Below are positions 7,869 through 16,516 of a stretch of 64,000 bases of DNA, piece after piece. How positions within the stretch are numbered: the first letter of the stretch is position 1; every line of letters begins with the position of its first letter. The DNA lies in the NCBI GenBank assembly GCA_963803435.1, contig CAWDML010000003.1:256001-320000 (forward strand), written 5' to 3'. The position numbers and the translations under genes are program-made. The notes beneath the pieces were generated by a model. That model worked only from the letters and a program-made list of their open reading frames with translations. It searched no databases and was not told the origin of the DNA. The stretch is from an uncultured delta proteobacterium. GTDB lineage: Bacteria; Myxococcota; Kuafuiibacteriia; Kuafuiibacteriales; Kuafuiibacteriaceae.

Positions 7869-10800
7869 ATGCCTTTCGAGAAAGTCGATCAGGCGATCCC
7901 GAATTTTCCGCGGCTCGAACGCAAGATCCTCGATCTGTGGAAGTCCCGGGACGTATTCCACCGGAGCCTGGCCGAGACCGAAGGCAAGCCCGAGTTCGTG
8001 TTCTACGAGGGTCCGCCCACGGCGAACGGGCTTCCGCACAACGGCCACGTCCTCACCCGCGTCATCAAGGACCTGTTCCCGCGCTACATGACGATGCGCG
8101 GCTACCACGTCGAGCGGCGGGCCGGTTGGGACACCCACGGTCTCCCGGTCGAGGTGGAGGTGGAGAAGGAGCTCCGCATCTCCGGCAAGGAGGCGATCAT
8201 CCAGTACGGCGTCGATCGCTTCTCCCGGCGCTGCCTGGAGTCGGTCTTCCGCTACCCGAAGGAGTGGGAGCACCTCACCGAGCGCATCGGCTTCTGGGTC
8301 GACCTCGACAAGGCGTACGTCACCTACTACCAGAGCTACGTCGAGTCGGTCTGGTGGGCCCTCGCGCAGCTCTTCGAGAAGGGCCTCCTCTACAAGGGCC
8401 ACAAGGTGGTCTGGTGGTGGGCGCAGGGCGGCACCGCGCTCTCCTCGGGCGAGGTCGGCAACGCCTACAAGAGCGTCGGCGATCCGTCGGTCTTCGTGCG
8501 CTTCCCGCTCGAGGGCGAGGACGCCTCGCTCCTGGTCTGGACCACCACGCCCTGGACTCTGCCCTCGAACATGTTCGCCGCCGTCCACGCCGACTACGAG
8601 TACTCGTACGTGAAGGACGAGGCGCGCGGCCAGGTCCTGGTGGTGGCCTCCGCGCTGGTGGAGTCGCTGTCCGCGAAGTTTGGCCGCCCGCTCACCGAGC
8701 TCTCGAGGGTCAAGGGCAAGGCGCTGATCGGGAAGCGCTACACCCCGCCCTTCGACACCTATCTCCGCGATCACGAGAACGACGCGCGCTACTTCAAGGT
8801 GGTGGCGGGCGACCGCAGCAACACGTCGACCCCCCAGTGGTTCGTCACGCTCGACGCCGGCACCGGCGTCGTCCACATGGCGCCTGCGTTCGGCGACGAC
8901 GACTGGAAAGTCTGGCGCAATTTCAAGCAGAAGGACAACAGCGTCGAGATGTTCTGCGCCGTCCGTCCCGACGGCAAGTTCGACGCGCGCCTGGCCGGCC
9001 TGAGCCTCGAGGGCGTCTGGGTGAAGGACGCCGACAAACCGCTCACCCGCGCGCTCAAGGACAAGGGCCTCCTGGTCCACTCCGAGGTCTACGAGCACGA
9101 ATATCCGTTCTGCTGGCGCGCCGAGAATGACCCCCTGATCCAGTACGCGCGCGAGGCCTGGTTCATCCGCACCACCGCGAAGATCGATCAGGTCATCGAG
9201 AACAACGGCCGCGTGCTGTGGTCGCCCGAGCACATCCGGGACGGCCGTTTCGGCGACTTCCTGGGCGGCAACGTGGACTGGGCCCTCTCCCGCGAGCGCT
9301 TCTGGGGCACGCCGCTCAACATCTGGGAGTGCACCGCGTGCAGCCACTCGGCGGCGCCGGACTCGATCGCGGCGATCGAGAAGCGGAACCCGGAGGCCTT
9401 CGCCCGCTTCCGCCAGGCCCGAGAGCAGGATCCGAACCTCTCCGAGCACCTGATCGTCCACAAGCCGTGGATCGACGAGGTCACCTTCCCCTGCGACGCC
9501 TGCGGCGCCGAGATGCGCCGCGTGCCCGAGGTGATCGACTGCTGGTTCGACTCCGGCTGCATGCCGTTCGCCCAGTTCGGCTATCCGCACCTGCCCGGAA
9601 GCAAGGCCGCCTTCGAGTGCGCCTTCCCCGCCGACTTCATCTCGGAGGCGATCGATCAGACCCGCGGCTGGTTCTACTCGCTGATGATGATCTCGACCCT
9701 GCTGTTCGAGTCGCAGGAGCCGCCGCACCCCTACCGGCGCTGCATCGTGCTCGGCCACGTCTGCGACCAGGAGGGCAAGAAGGAGTCGAAGAAGGCCGGC
9801 AACTACACCCCGCCGGAGGTCATCCTCGACGCCGTCCGCATGGAGTTCGGTGTCCTGGAAGCCCTCGGGGCCCGCTCGCTGCGCGCTTCGCTTGCTGACG
9901 GGGCCCGCTCGGGCGAAGCGCCTGTGGCGGGGACGGTCCTGATCGGACCCGACGACCTGGCGGGTCTCGACCTCAAGGATGGGGCGAAGGTGCTCCTGTA
10001 TCGGCGGGACCACGAGGCCGCGCGGCGATCGGTGACGCTGGTGCGGACCGAGGGGCTGCCGCGCCGGGTGCTGGTGCTGTCGGAGCACGACCGCAGCGAG
10101 CTCGGCCTCAATCTCGCGCCGGCGGACGTCCGGCCGGCGGAGGTGCCGATCCTGCCGCCCGACCAGCGCGTGATGATCGACGTCGACGTCCCGGCGCCGG
10201 GCGCCGACGCCTTCCGCTGGTTCTTCTACGCCTCCAACCCGCCGTGGAACAACACGCGGCACTCGCTCTCGAACGTGCGGCAGCTCCAGAAGGAGATGCC
10301 GATCAAGCTGCGCAACGTCTACTCGTTCTTCGTCACCTACGCGAACATCGACGCGTTCGATCCGGTGAAGGACGAGAAGGTGAAGCGCCCCGTCAAGGAG
10401 CGGGCGGTGCTCGATCGCTGGATCCTCTCCGAGCTGGAGAAGACGAAGCGCGTGGTCGTCGGCCACATGGACGAGTTCCGCTCCTACGAGGCGACGCAGG
10501 CGCTCTCGGAGTTCGTCGAGGGCCTCTCCAACTGGTACGTGCGTCGGTCGCGCGAGCGCTTCTGGGCCGAGGGCCGCGGCGCCGACAAGCTCGACGCCTA
10601 CTGGACGCTCTACCAGTGCCTCCGGGACCTCTCGATCATGCTGGCGCCGTTCCTGCCCTTCGCGGCGGAGGACATGTATCAGAACCTGATCGTGCGCATG
10701 TATGGCGACGGCCACCCGGACAGCGTGCACCTTCGTTCGTACCCCTCGGGCGACGCCTCGCGGATCGACGAGGCGCTCTCCCAGGACATGCGCGACGTCA

Positions 10801-11522
10801 GAAACCTGGTCTCGCTCGGCCTCCAGGTCCGCACCGAGTCCAAGCGCAAGGTCCGCCAGCCCCTCTCCGAGGTGGAGATCGTGCTGTCCGATCCCTCCCG
10901 GCGCCCTGCGCTCGAGTCCTACCTCGGCATCATGCAGGACGAGCTCAACGTGAAGGCGGTGAAGTTCCGGGAGCGGGCCGACGAGTACGTCCACTACAAG
11001 GTGAAGCCGAACTTCGCGCTCCTCGGGAAGCGCCTGGGGAAGAAGATGAAGGCGGTCCAGCGCGAGATCGGGGCCGCCGATCCGAACGCGCTCAAGCGGG
11101 CCCTCGACCAGGCCGGCAAGGTGGCCCTGGCCGTCGACGCCGACGAGGTGGTCCTGACCAAAGACGAGCTCACGGTGGAGGTGGAGGCCAAGCCGGGCTT
11201 CGCGGCCGCCACCGCTCCGGTCGGCGTGGTGGTCCTCGATACGACCCTCACCCCCGAGCTCGAGCGGGAGGGCCTGTTTCGCGAGGTCCTCTCCCGCGTG
11301 CAGAAGCGCCGCAAGGACCTCCAGCTCGACTTCGCGGCCCGCATCAAGCTCCGGCTCGCGGGCGATGCCCAGCTCCTCGAGGTGGTCCGCGAGCGGCAGG
11401 ACCTCCTCAAGAAGGAGACCCTGGCCTCGGAGCTGGTCCTCGGCGGCGCTCCGCTCGGCAAGGACGCCGTCGAGGTTCTCGTCGACGGCCTCGCCCTCAC
11501 CATCGATCTCGCGGAACGCTGA
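7869..11522 (+). CDS. ileS: Isoleucine--tRNA ligase (type 2) with an internal insertion
   Basis: FYEGPPTANGLPHNGH, GWDTHGLPVE, WTTTPWTLPSN, DWALSRERFWGTPL, DCWFDSG, EAIDQTRGWFYSL, SNWYVRRSR. Confidence 0.96.
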   Translation: MPFEKVDQAIPNFPRLERKILDLWKSRDVFHRSLAETEGKPEFVFYEGPPTANGLPHNGHVLTRVIKDLFPRYMTMRGYHVERRAGWDTHGLPVEVEVEKELRISGKEAIIQYGVDRFSRRCLESVFRYPKEWEHLTERIGFWVDLDKAYVTYYQSYVESVWWALAQLFEKGLLYKGHKVVWWWAQGGTALSSGEVGNAYKSVGDPSVFVRFPLEGEDASLLVWTTTPWTLPSNMFAAVHADYEYSYVKDEARGQVLVVASALVESLSAKFGRPLTELSRVKGKALIGKRYTPPFDTYLRDHENDARYFKVVAGDRSNTSTPQWFVTLDAGTGVVHMAPAFGDDDWKVWRNFKQKDNSVEMFCAVRPDGKFDARLAGLSLEGVWVKDADKPLTRALKDKGLLVHSEVYEHEYPFCWRAENDPLIQYAREAWFIRTTAKIDQVIENNGRVLWSPEHIRDGRFGDFLGGNVDWALSRERFWGTPLNIWECTACSHSAAPDSIAAIEKRNPEAFARFRQAREQDPNLSEHLIVHKPWIDEVTFPCDACGAEMRRVPEVIDCWFDSGCMPFAQFGYPHLPGSKAAFECAFPADFISEAIDQTRGWFYSLMMISTLLFESQEPPHPYRRCIVLGHVCDQEGKKESKKAGNYTPPEVILDAVRMEFGVLEALGARSLRASLADGARSGEAPVAGTVLIGPDDLAGLDLKDGAKVLLYRRDHEAARRSVTLVRTEGLPRRVLVLSEHDRSELGLNLAPADVRPAEVPILPPDQRVMIDVDVPAPGADAFRWFFYASNPPWNNTRHSLSNVRQLQKEMPIKLRNVYSFFVTYANIDAFDPVKDEKVKRPVKERAVLDRWILSELEKTKRVVVGHMDEFRSYEATQALSEFVEGLSNWYVRRSRERFWAEGRGADKLDAYWTLYQCLRDLSIMLAPFLPFAAEDMYQNLIVRMYGDGHPDSVHLRSYPSGDASRIDEALSQDMRDVRNLVSLGLQVRTESKRKVRQPLSEVEIVLSDPSRRPALESYLGIMQDELNVKAVKFRERADEYVHYKVKPNFALLGKRLGKKMKAVQREIGAADPNALKRALDQAGKVALAVDADEVVLTKDELTVEVEAKPGFAAATAPVGVVVLDTTLTPELEREGLFREVLSRVQKRRKDLQLDFAARIKLRLAGDAQLLEVVRERQDLLKKETLASELVLGGAPLGKDAVEVLVDGLALTIDLAER

Positions 11523-11525
11523 CCC

Positions 11526-12857
11526 ATGGCCGAGCTCAAGCGGACCCTGGGGCCCGTGATGCTGTGGGGCCTCGGCGTCGGCTACGTGATCAGCGGCGAG
11601 TACTTCGGCTGGAACCTGGGGCTCCCCAAGGGCGGCACCTACGGGATGCTGGTGGCGACCGCGGTCATCACCGCGATGTACGTCGCCTTCATCCTCTCGT
11701 ACACGGAGCTCGCCTGCGCGCTGCCCCGGGCCGGCGGCGTGTTCGTCTACGCCGATCGCGCGCTCGGACCCTATCCGGGATTCCTGGCCGGCCTGGTGCA
11801 GATCGTGGAGTTCGTGTTCGCGCCCCCGGCGATCGCGATGGCGATCGCGGCCTACGTGCAGCAGCGGTTCGGACAGATCCCCCGCGAGGCCATCGCGATC
11901 GGCGCGTATCTGATCTTCACCGGGATCAACGTCTGGGGCGTGCGGCAAGCGGCTACCTTCGAGCTGGTGGTGACCGTCCTGGCCGTCGCCGAGCTCTGCG
12001 TGTTCATGGCGGTGGTGGCGCCTCACTTCGAGGTGTCGAACCTGACCATCGATCCGCTGCCGAACGGGTGGAGCGGCGTGCTCGCGGCGCTGCCGTTCGC
12101 GATCTGGTTTTATCTCGCGATCGAGGGGGTCGCGAACGCGGCCGAGGAGGCCACGAATCCGCAGCGAAGCGTGGCGATCGGCTTTACCGCCGCCATCGCT
12201 ACGCTCGTGATCCTCGCGATCGGCGTGTTCATGCTCGCCGTCGGTGTGGACGGATGGCGGACGATCGTTTACCCGCCCGGTTCGCTGGAGACCAGCGACG
12301 CACCTCTGCCCCTCGCGCTGGCGCACGTCGTCACGCCCGACAGCATGCTCTACACGATGCTGCTCGGCATCGGGTTGCTCGGTCTGGTCGCCTCGTTTCA
12401 CGGGATCATCCTGGCGGCCGGGCGCGCCACCATGGAGCTGGGGCGGGCCCGCTTGCTGCCCCCGATCCTCGGCGCGGTCCACGCCCGAACCCGCACGCCG
12501 GTCGTCGCGTTGGGGGTCAATCTGGTCGCCGGGATCGTCGCGATCCTCACGGGACGCACCGATGAGATCATCACGCTGTCGTGCTTCGGCGCGCTCTCGC
12601 TCTACGTGATCTCGATGATCGCGCTCTTCGTTCTGCGCAGGAAGGAACCCGAGCTAGCGCGTCCGTTCCGCGCGATCGCCTATCCCGTATTTCCGCTCGT
12701 AGCCCTGGTTATCGCAGCGATCTCGCTGATCGCGCTGATCGTGTTCAACCCGATGATCACGGTGATCTTCTTCGCGATCTTGGCCGTCGGATCAATCTAC
12801 TACTTCGCGATCGCAAGGCGTCTTGCAGCGCGCGATCGGGCATCGAACGACGCGTAG
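11526..12857 (+). CDS. eat: Ethanolamine permease (APC superfamily)
   Basis: LWGLGVGYVISGEYFGWN, EFVFAPPAIA, LPFAIWFYLAIEG, GLVASFHGII; about 12 TM helices. Confidence 0.85.
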   Translation: MAELKRTLGPVMLWGLGVGYVISGEYFGWNLGLPKGGTYGMLVATAVITAMYVAFILSYTELACALPRAGGVFVYADRALGPYPGFLAGLVQIVEFVFAPPAIAMAIAAYVQQRFGQIPREAIAIGAYLIFTGINVWGVRQAATFELVVTVLAVAELCVFMAVVAPHFEVSNLTIDPLPNGWSGVLAALPFAIWFYLAIEGVANAAEEATNPQRSVAIGFTAAIATLVILAIGVFMLAVGVDGWRTIVYPPGSLETSDAPLPLALAHVVTPDSMLYTMLLGIGLLGLVASFHGIILAAGRATMELGRARLLPPILGAVHARTRTPVVALGVNLVAGIVAILTGRTDEIITLSCFGALSLYVISMIALFVLRRKEPELARPFRAIAYPVFPLVALVIAAISLIALIVFNPMITVIFFAILAVGSIYYFAIARRLAARDRASNDA

Positions 12858-12861
12858 GATC

Positions 12862-12901
12862 AAAAAGCAAAAGCCCCACTCAGCTCTCGCCGAGTGGGGC
12901 T
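12862..12901 (-). terminator. Intrinsic terminator
   Basis: Stem AGCCCCACTC/GAGTGGGGCT followed on the minus strand by TTTGCTTTTTG. Confidence 0.7.
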
Positions 12902-12979
12902 CAATATGCTCGAGCCATCCGAATGAACTTCGGGTGTGACCAATCTACCCGAAAACCGCTCGGAAGGAAAACTCGGCGA

Positions 12980-13552
12980 TCAGGCTCTCCACGAGACCTT
13001 GTCCTCGATGGGCCCGCGCTCGCCGTCCGGCCACGCGATCGCCGGCCATCCCACGTAAAAGAAGCCGAGACATCGGGCCGGCGGAACGAGGTCGAGGAAC
13101 TCGGCGACCCGCGGATGAAACGCCTTCTCACCCGACGACCAGAAGGCCGCCAGGCCCAGCGCGCGTGCCGCCAAATGCATGTTCTGCACAGCAATTGCCG
13201 TTGATGCGATCTCCTCGTGGGGCACGATCTTCGGGTTGGGATCGGGCTGACACACGATCGCGATGACGACCGGAGCGTTCGTCATTTTGAACAGCAGCTT
13301 CTGCCGCCGCGGATCGTCGTCCGGCAAGCGCGCCTGACCCGGCTCGCACATCGTGCTCGACACGGCCTCCGCCAGCCCGCGGCGCGCGTCGCCGGTGAAC
13401 ACGACGAAGCGCCACGGTTCGGTATGACCGTGCGACGGCGCCCAGTTCGCGGCGCGAAGAAGTCGCTCGAGCAAGGGGCGCTCGACCGCGTCCGGCTTCA
13501 TGTGCTCGGGTTTGATCGACCTTCGTTTTTCGATGGCGTCGAACACGTCCAT
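12980..13552 (-). CDS. Nitroreductase family protein (YdjA-like)
   Basis: AIEKRRSIK, AANWAPSHGHTEPWRF, AVQNMHLAARALGL. Confidence 0.9.
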   Translation of the reverse strand: MDVFDAIEKRRSIKPEHMKPDAVERPLLERLLRAANWAPSHGHTEPWRFVVFTGDARRGLAEAVSSTMCEPGQARLPDDDPRRQKLLFKMTNAPVVIAIVCQPDPNPKIVPHEEIASTAIAVQNMHLAARALGLAAFWSSGEKAFHPRVAEFLDLVPPARCLGFFYVGWPAIAWPDGERGPIEDKVSWRA

Positions 13553-13658
13553 GCGCGGCGGAGATTAGCATCGCTGCGTTTTTCTCTTGCCAGGGTGGGG
13601 CAACCTGCTCATACCTGTGCTTGCGGAAACCCTTCTTGCCGGCAGTGGCCGGTAAAGA

Positions 13659-13690
13659 GGTGGGGGCCTCTGGCACCCACCTTTTTTTTT
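13659..13690 (+). promoter_or_regulatory. rimP leader terminator/attenuator hairpin
   Basis: GGTGGG-loop-CCCACC + T9, about 30 nt upstream of rimP; resembles the GUGGG/CCCAC rimP leader. Confidence 0.7.
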
Positions 13691-13721
13691 CGGGGAGGCC
13701 GACCGCGGAGGAAGACGAAAG

Positions 13722-14234
13722 GTGAGCCAGCTGAGCCAGGCGAAGAGGGTCGTCGAGCGCGCCAAAACGCTCGCTGAGCCGGTCGTCGAGCGCGAGGGCT
13801 ACGAGCTCGTCGACGTGGAGCTCGGCACGGATCACGGCCGCGCGATCCTGCGCCTGTACATCGACGCGCTCGGCGCCGAGGCGACCAGCGCAGTGACCGT
13901 CGAAGACTGCTCCCACGTTTCTCGGATTGTGGGTGACCTCTTGGACGTCGAAGAGGTGATGGAGGGCGCATTCAACCTGGAGGTCTCGTCGCCGGGCCTG
14001 TTCCGGCCGCTCACCAAGCCGGCGCACTTCGACCGCGCCGTGGGTGAGCGGGTGAAGGTGAAGACCTTCGAAAAGCACGAAGATCGCCGCGTGTTCACGG
14101 GCGTGCTGCGCGCCCATGAGGACGGGCATTTGGTGGTGGACGTCGGCGGGCGCGAGTACCGCTTGAGCTTGAAGGAAATCGCGAAGGCGAACCTCGAGCC
14201 CGATCTGGAGATCGGCGGCGGCCGCGCCTCTTAG
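13722..14234 (+). CDS. rimP: Ribosome maturation factor RimP
   Basis: GYELVDVE, ILRLYID, VTVEDCSHVSR, LEVSSPGLFRPL; first gene of the nusA-infB operon. Confidence 0.95.
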   Translation: MSQLSQAKRVVERAKTLAEPVVEREGYELVDVELGTDHGRAILRLYIDALGAEATSAVTVEDCSHVSRIVGDLLDVEEVMEGAFNLEVSSPGLFRPLTKPAHFDRAVGERVKVKTFEKHEDRRVFTGVLRAHEDGHLVVDVGGREYRLSLKEIAKANLEPDLEIGGGRAS

Positions 14235-14258
14235 GCGAGAAGGACGGAGCGAGAAGAG

Positions 14259-15903
14259 ATGGAAGGCGAGAACCTCAGCGAGATCATGGACCAGGTCGCC
14301 AAGGACAAGGGCATCTCGAAGGATATCCTGGTCGAGGCGCTCGAAGCGGCGATGCTCACGGCTGCCCGCAAGGTGTTCGGTCTGGAGAAGGATTCTCGAG
14401 GCCCACTTCGACGAGGACAGCGGCGACGTCGAGATCCACCAGTGGCGGACCGTCGTCGACGGCATCCAGAACCCGGAGCTCGAGATCTCCATCGAGGAGG
14501 CGCGGTCCGGGCTCGATCCCGACTGCGAGGTCGGTGACTCCCTCGGCGAGAAGATCGAGCGGGCCGAGCTGGGCCGCATCGCGGCGCAGACCGCCAAGCA
14601 GGTGATCATCCAGCGCGTCCGCGAGGCGGAGCGCGAGAACGTCTACAACGAGTATGAGGATCGCAAGGAGGAGCTGGTCACCGGCGTGGTGCGGCGCTTC
14701 GAGCGCGGCAACATCATCGTGGACCTCGGCCGGGCCGAGGCGGTCCTGCCGGTCCGCGAGCAGTGCCCCCGGGAGACCTACCGGGTGAACGACCGGATCC
14801 AGGCCTACGTGGTGGATGTCAACAAGCAGGCCCGCGGCGCCCAGATCGTCCTCTCCCGGACGCACCCCGGCCTCCTGATCAAGCTCTTCGAGATGGAAGT
14901 CCCCGAGATCTACGAGGGGATCGTCAAGATCGAGGCGGCGGCCCGGGAACCCGGGGCCCGCTCCAAGATCGCCGTGAGCTCCTCGGATCGGGACGTGGAC
15001 CCCGTCGGCGCCTGCGTCGGCATGAAAGGGTCCCGCGTCCAGGCGGTCGTTCAGGAGCTTCGCGGCGAGAAGGTTGACATCGTCCCGTACGACGAGGATA
15101 CGGCCCGCTTCGTGTGTAACGCGCTCGCTCCGGCGGAGGTGTCCAGGGTCCTGGTCGACGAGTCGAACCACGCCATGGAGATCATCGTGCCCGACGATCA
15201 GCTCTCACTCGCGATCGGGCGGCGCGGACAGAACGTGCGGCTCGCCTCCCAGCTGACCGGCTGGCGGCTCGACATCGTGTCCGAGTCGAAGGTGAAGGAG
15301 ATCAAGGATAGGGCGTTCAAGTCGCTCGGCCGGCTCACCGGTGTGAACGACATCCACATGCAGACGCTCTACAACTACGGGATCCGCTGCGCGCAGGACA
15401 TTCTCAACACGGACGAGGCCTTCCTCGGGAGCATCCCCGGGATCGGGGCCGACATGGCGGGCCGCCTGAAGAAGGACTCGCTGCGGGTCGTCGAAGAGGA
15501 GCGCCTGGAGGCGCGCGAGCTCAAGAAGGAAGAGGAGCTCAAGGCCCGCATGGAGGCGAAGCAGATGTTCGAGGAGCTCGAGCGTCGCTCGCACCGCTTG
15601 CCCGAGTACGAACGCCTGATCCGGGTGAAGGGTGTGGGGCCCGAGCTGGCGGGCAACCTGGAGGTCGCGGGCATCCTCGCGGTCGAGGAGCTCGCCGAGA
15701 TCACCGAGCTCCGCGCGTTCGCCGAGAAGGCGCAGATTCCGGCGGAGAAGCTCGATCAGCTCCGCCACGCGGCCGAGGTCTACCTCGAGCGCGAAGCAAA
15801 GGGCGGCGAGATCGCGCCGTCGAGCTCCGACGCCGGGCCGGAAGATGGCTATCAGCCCTCACGGCTTCTCGAAGCCGGTGTGGAGCAGGAGGCGCCGGCA
15901 TAA
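14259..15903 (+). CDS. nusA: Transcription factor NusA with C-terminal HhH-like repeats; frameshift at ~14393
   Basis: [60 protein letters not shown]. Confidence 0.95.
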
Positions 15904-15906
15904 CCG

Positions 15907-16515
15907 ATGCTAGCAGTGCGAACAGAAGAGCGGGGCCCGGAGCGCCAGTGTGCGCTGACGCGGGCTCGCGCCCCGAAGGAGGCGCTCCTTCGGCTGGCGC
16001 TGGGACCGGACGGCAAGCCGTTCGTGGATTTGCTCGCCCGCGCGCCGGGTCGCGGCGTGTACGTCGCGCCCCAGAATCTCCGGAAGGCGCTCGAGCCCAA
16101 GGGGCTCAAGCAGGTCTTCAAGGGACAGGCGACGAAGCTCTCCGAAGAGGAGATTGGGACGACGGTGGTGGGAACGGTCCATCGTCTCGAGTCGCGGATC
16201 GTCGAGCTGATCGGGCTCGCTCGCAGGGCGGGCGTGCTCGAGCTCGGGATTGAATCCGTTCTGAGGTCGCTCGAAGGAGGTCGGGTCGCCACCATCGTGG
16301 TGGCGCTCGATGCGAGCGATCGGACCGTTCGAAGGGTCGAGACCTCCGTGGGTCTCGCGACCCTGGTTCGAGCGTCGACCAAGGAGGAGCTCGGTCGTCA
16401 GCTCGGACGGGACGAGGTCGGGGTGGTGGCGATCGATCCCTCGAAGCTCGCGGACCGAATCTCGGTCGAGTCCCTGCGGCTCGCCGGGCTGACCTCGTCG
16501 AGGGCTGAAGGCTGA
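15907..16515 (+). CDS. YlxR/DUF448 (RnpM-like) fused to an L7Ae/YlxQ-like domain
   Basis: PERQCALTR, LLRL, PGRGVYV, then LIGLARRAG..ALDAS..TKEELGRQLGR; lies between nusA and infB. Confidence 0.8.
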   Translation: MLAVRTEERGPERQCALTRARAPKEALLRLALGPDGKPFVDLLARAPGRGVYVAPQNLRKALEPKGLKQVFKGQATKLSEEEIGTTVVGTVHRLESRIVELIGLARRAGVLELGIESVLRSLEGGRVATIVVALDASDRTVRRVETSVGLATLVRASTKEELGRQLGRDEVGVVAIDPSKLADRISVESLRLAGLTSSRAEG

Positions 16516-16516
16516 T

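Noticed and set aside
9841-10200. Intein in ileS
   Set aside because: No N-terminal Cys/Ser block, no C-terminal His-Asn and no LAGLIDADG motifs.
7845-12482. Very long antisense ORFs (e.g. 1545 aa here, 16398-19736, 28547-31603)
   Set aside because: Shadow ORFs opposite real genes, expected from high-GC codon bias; no recognisable motifs.
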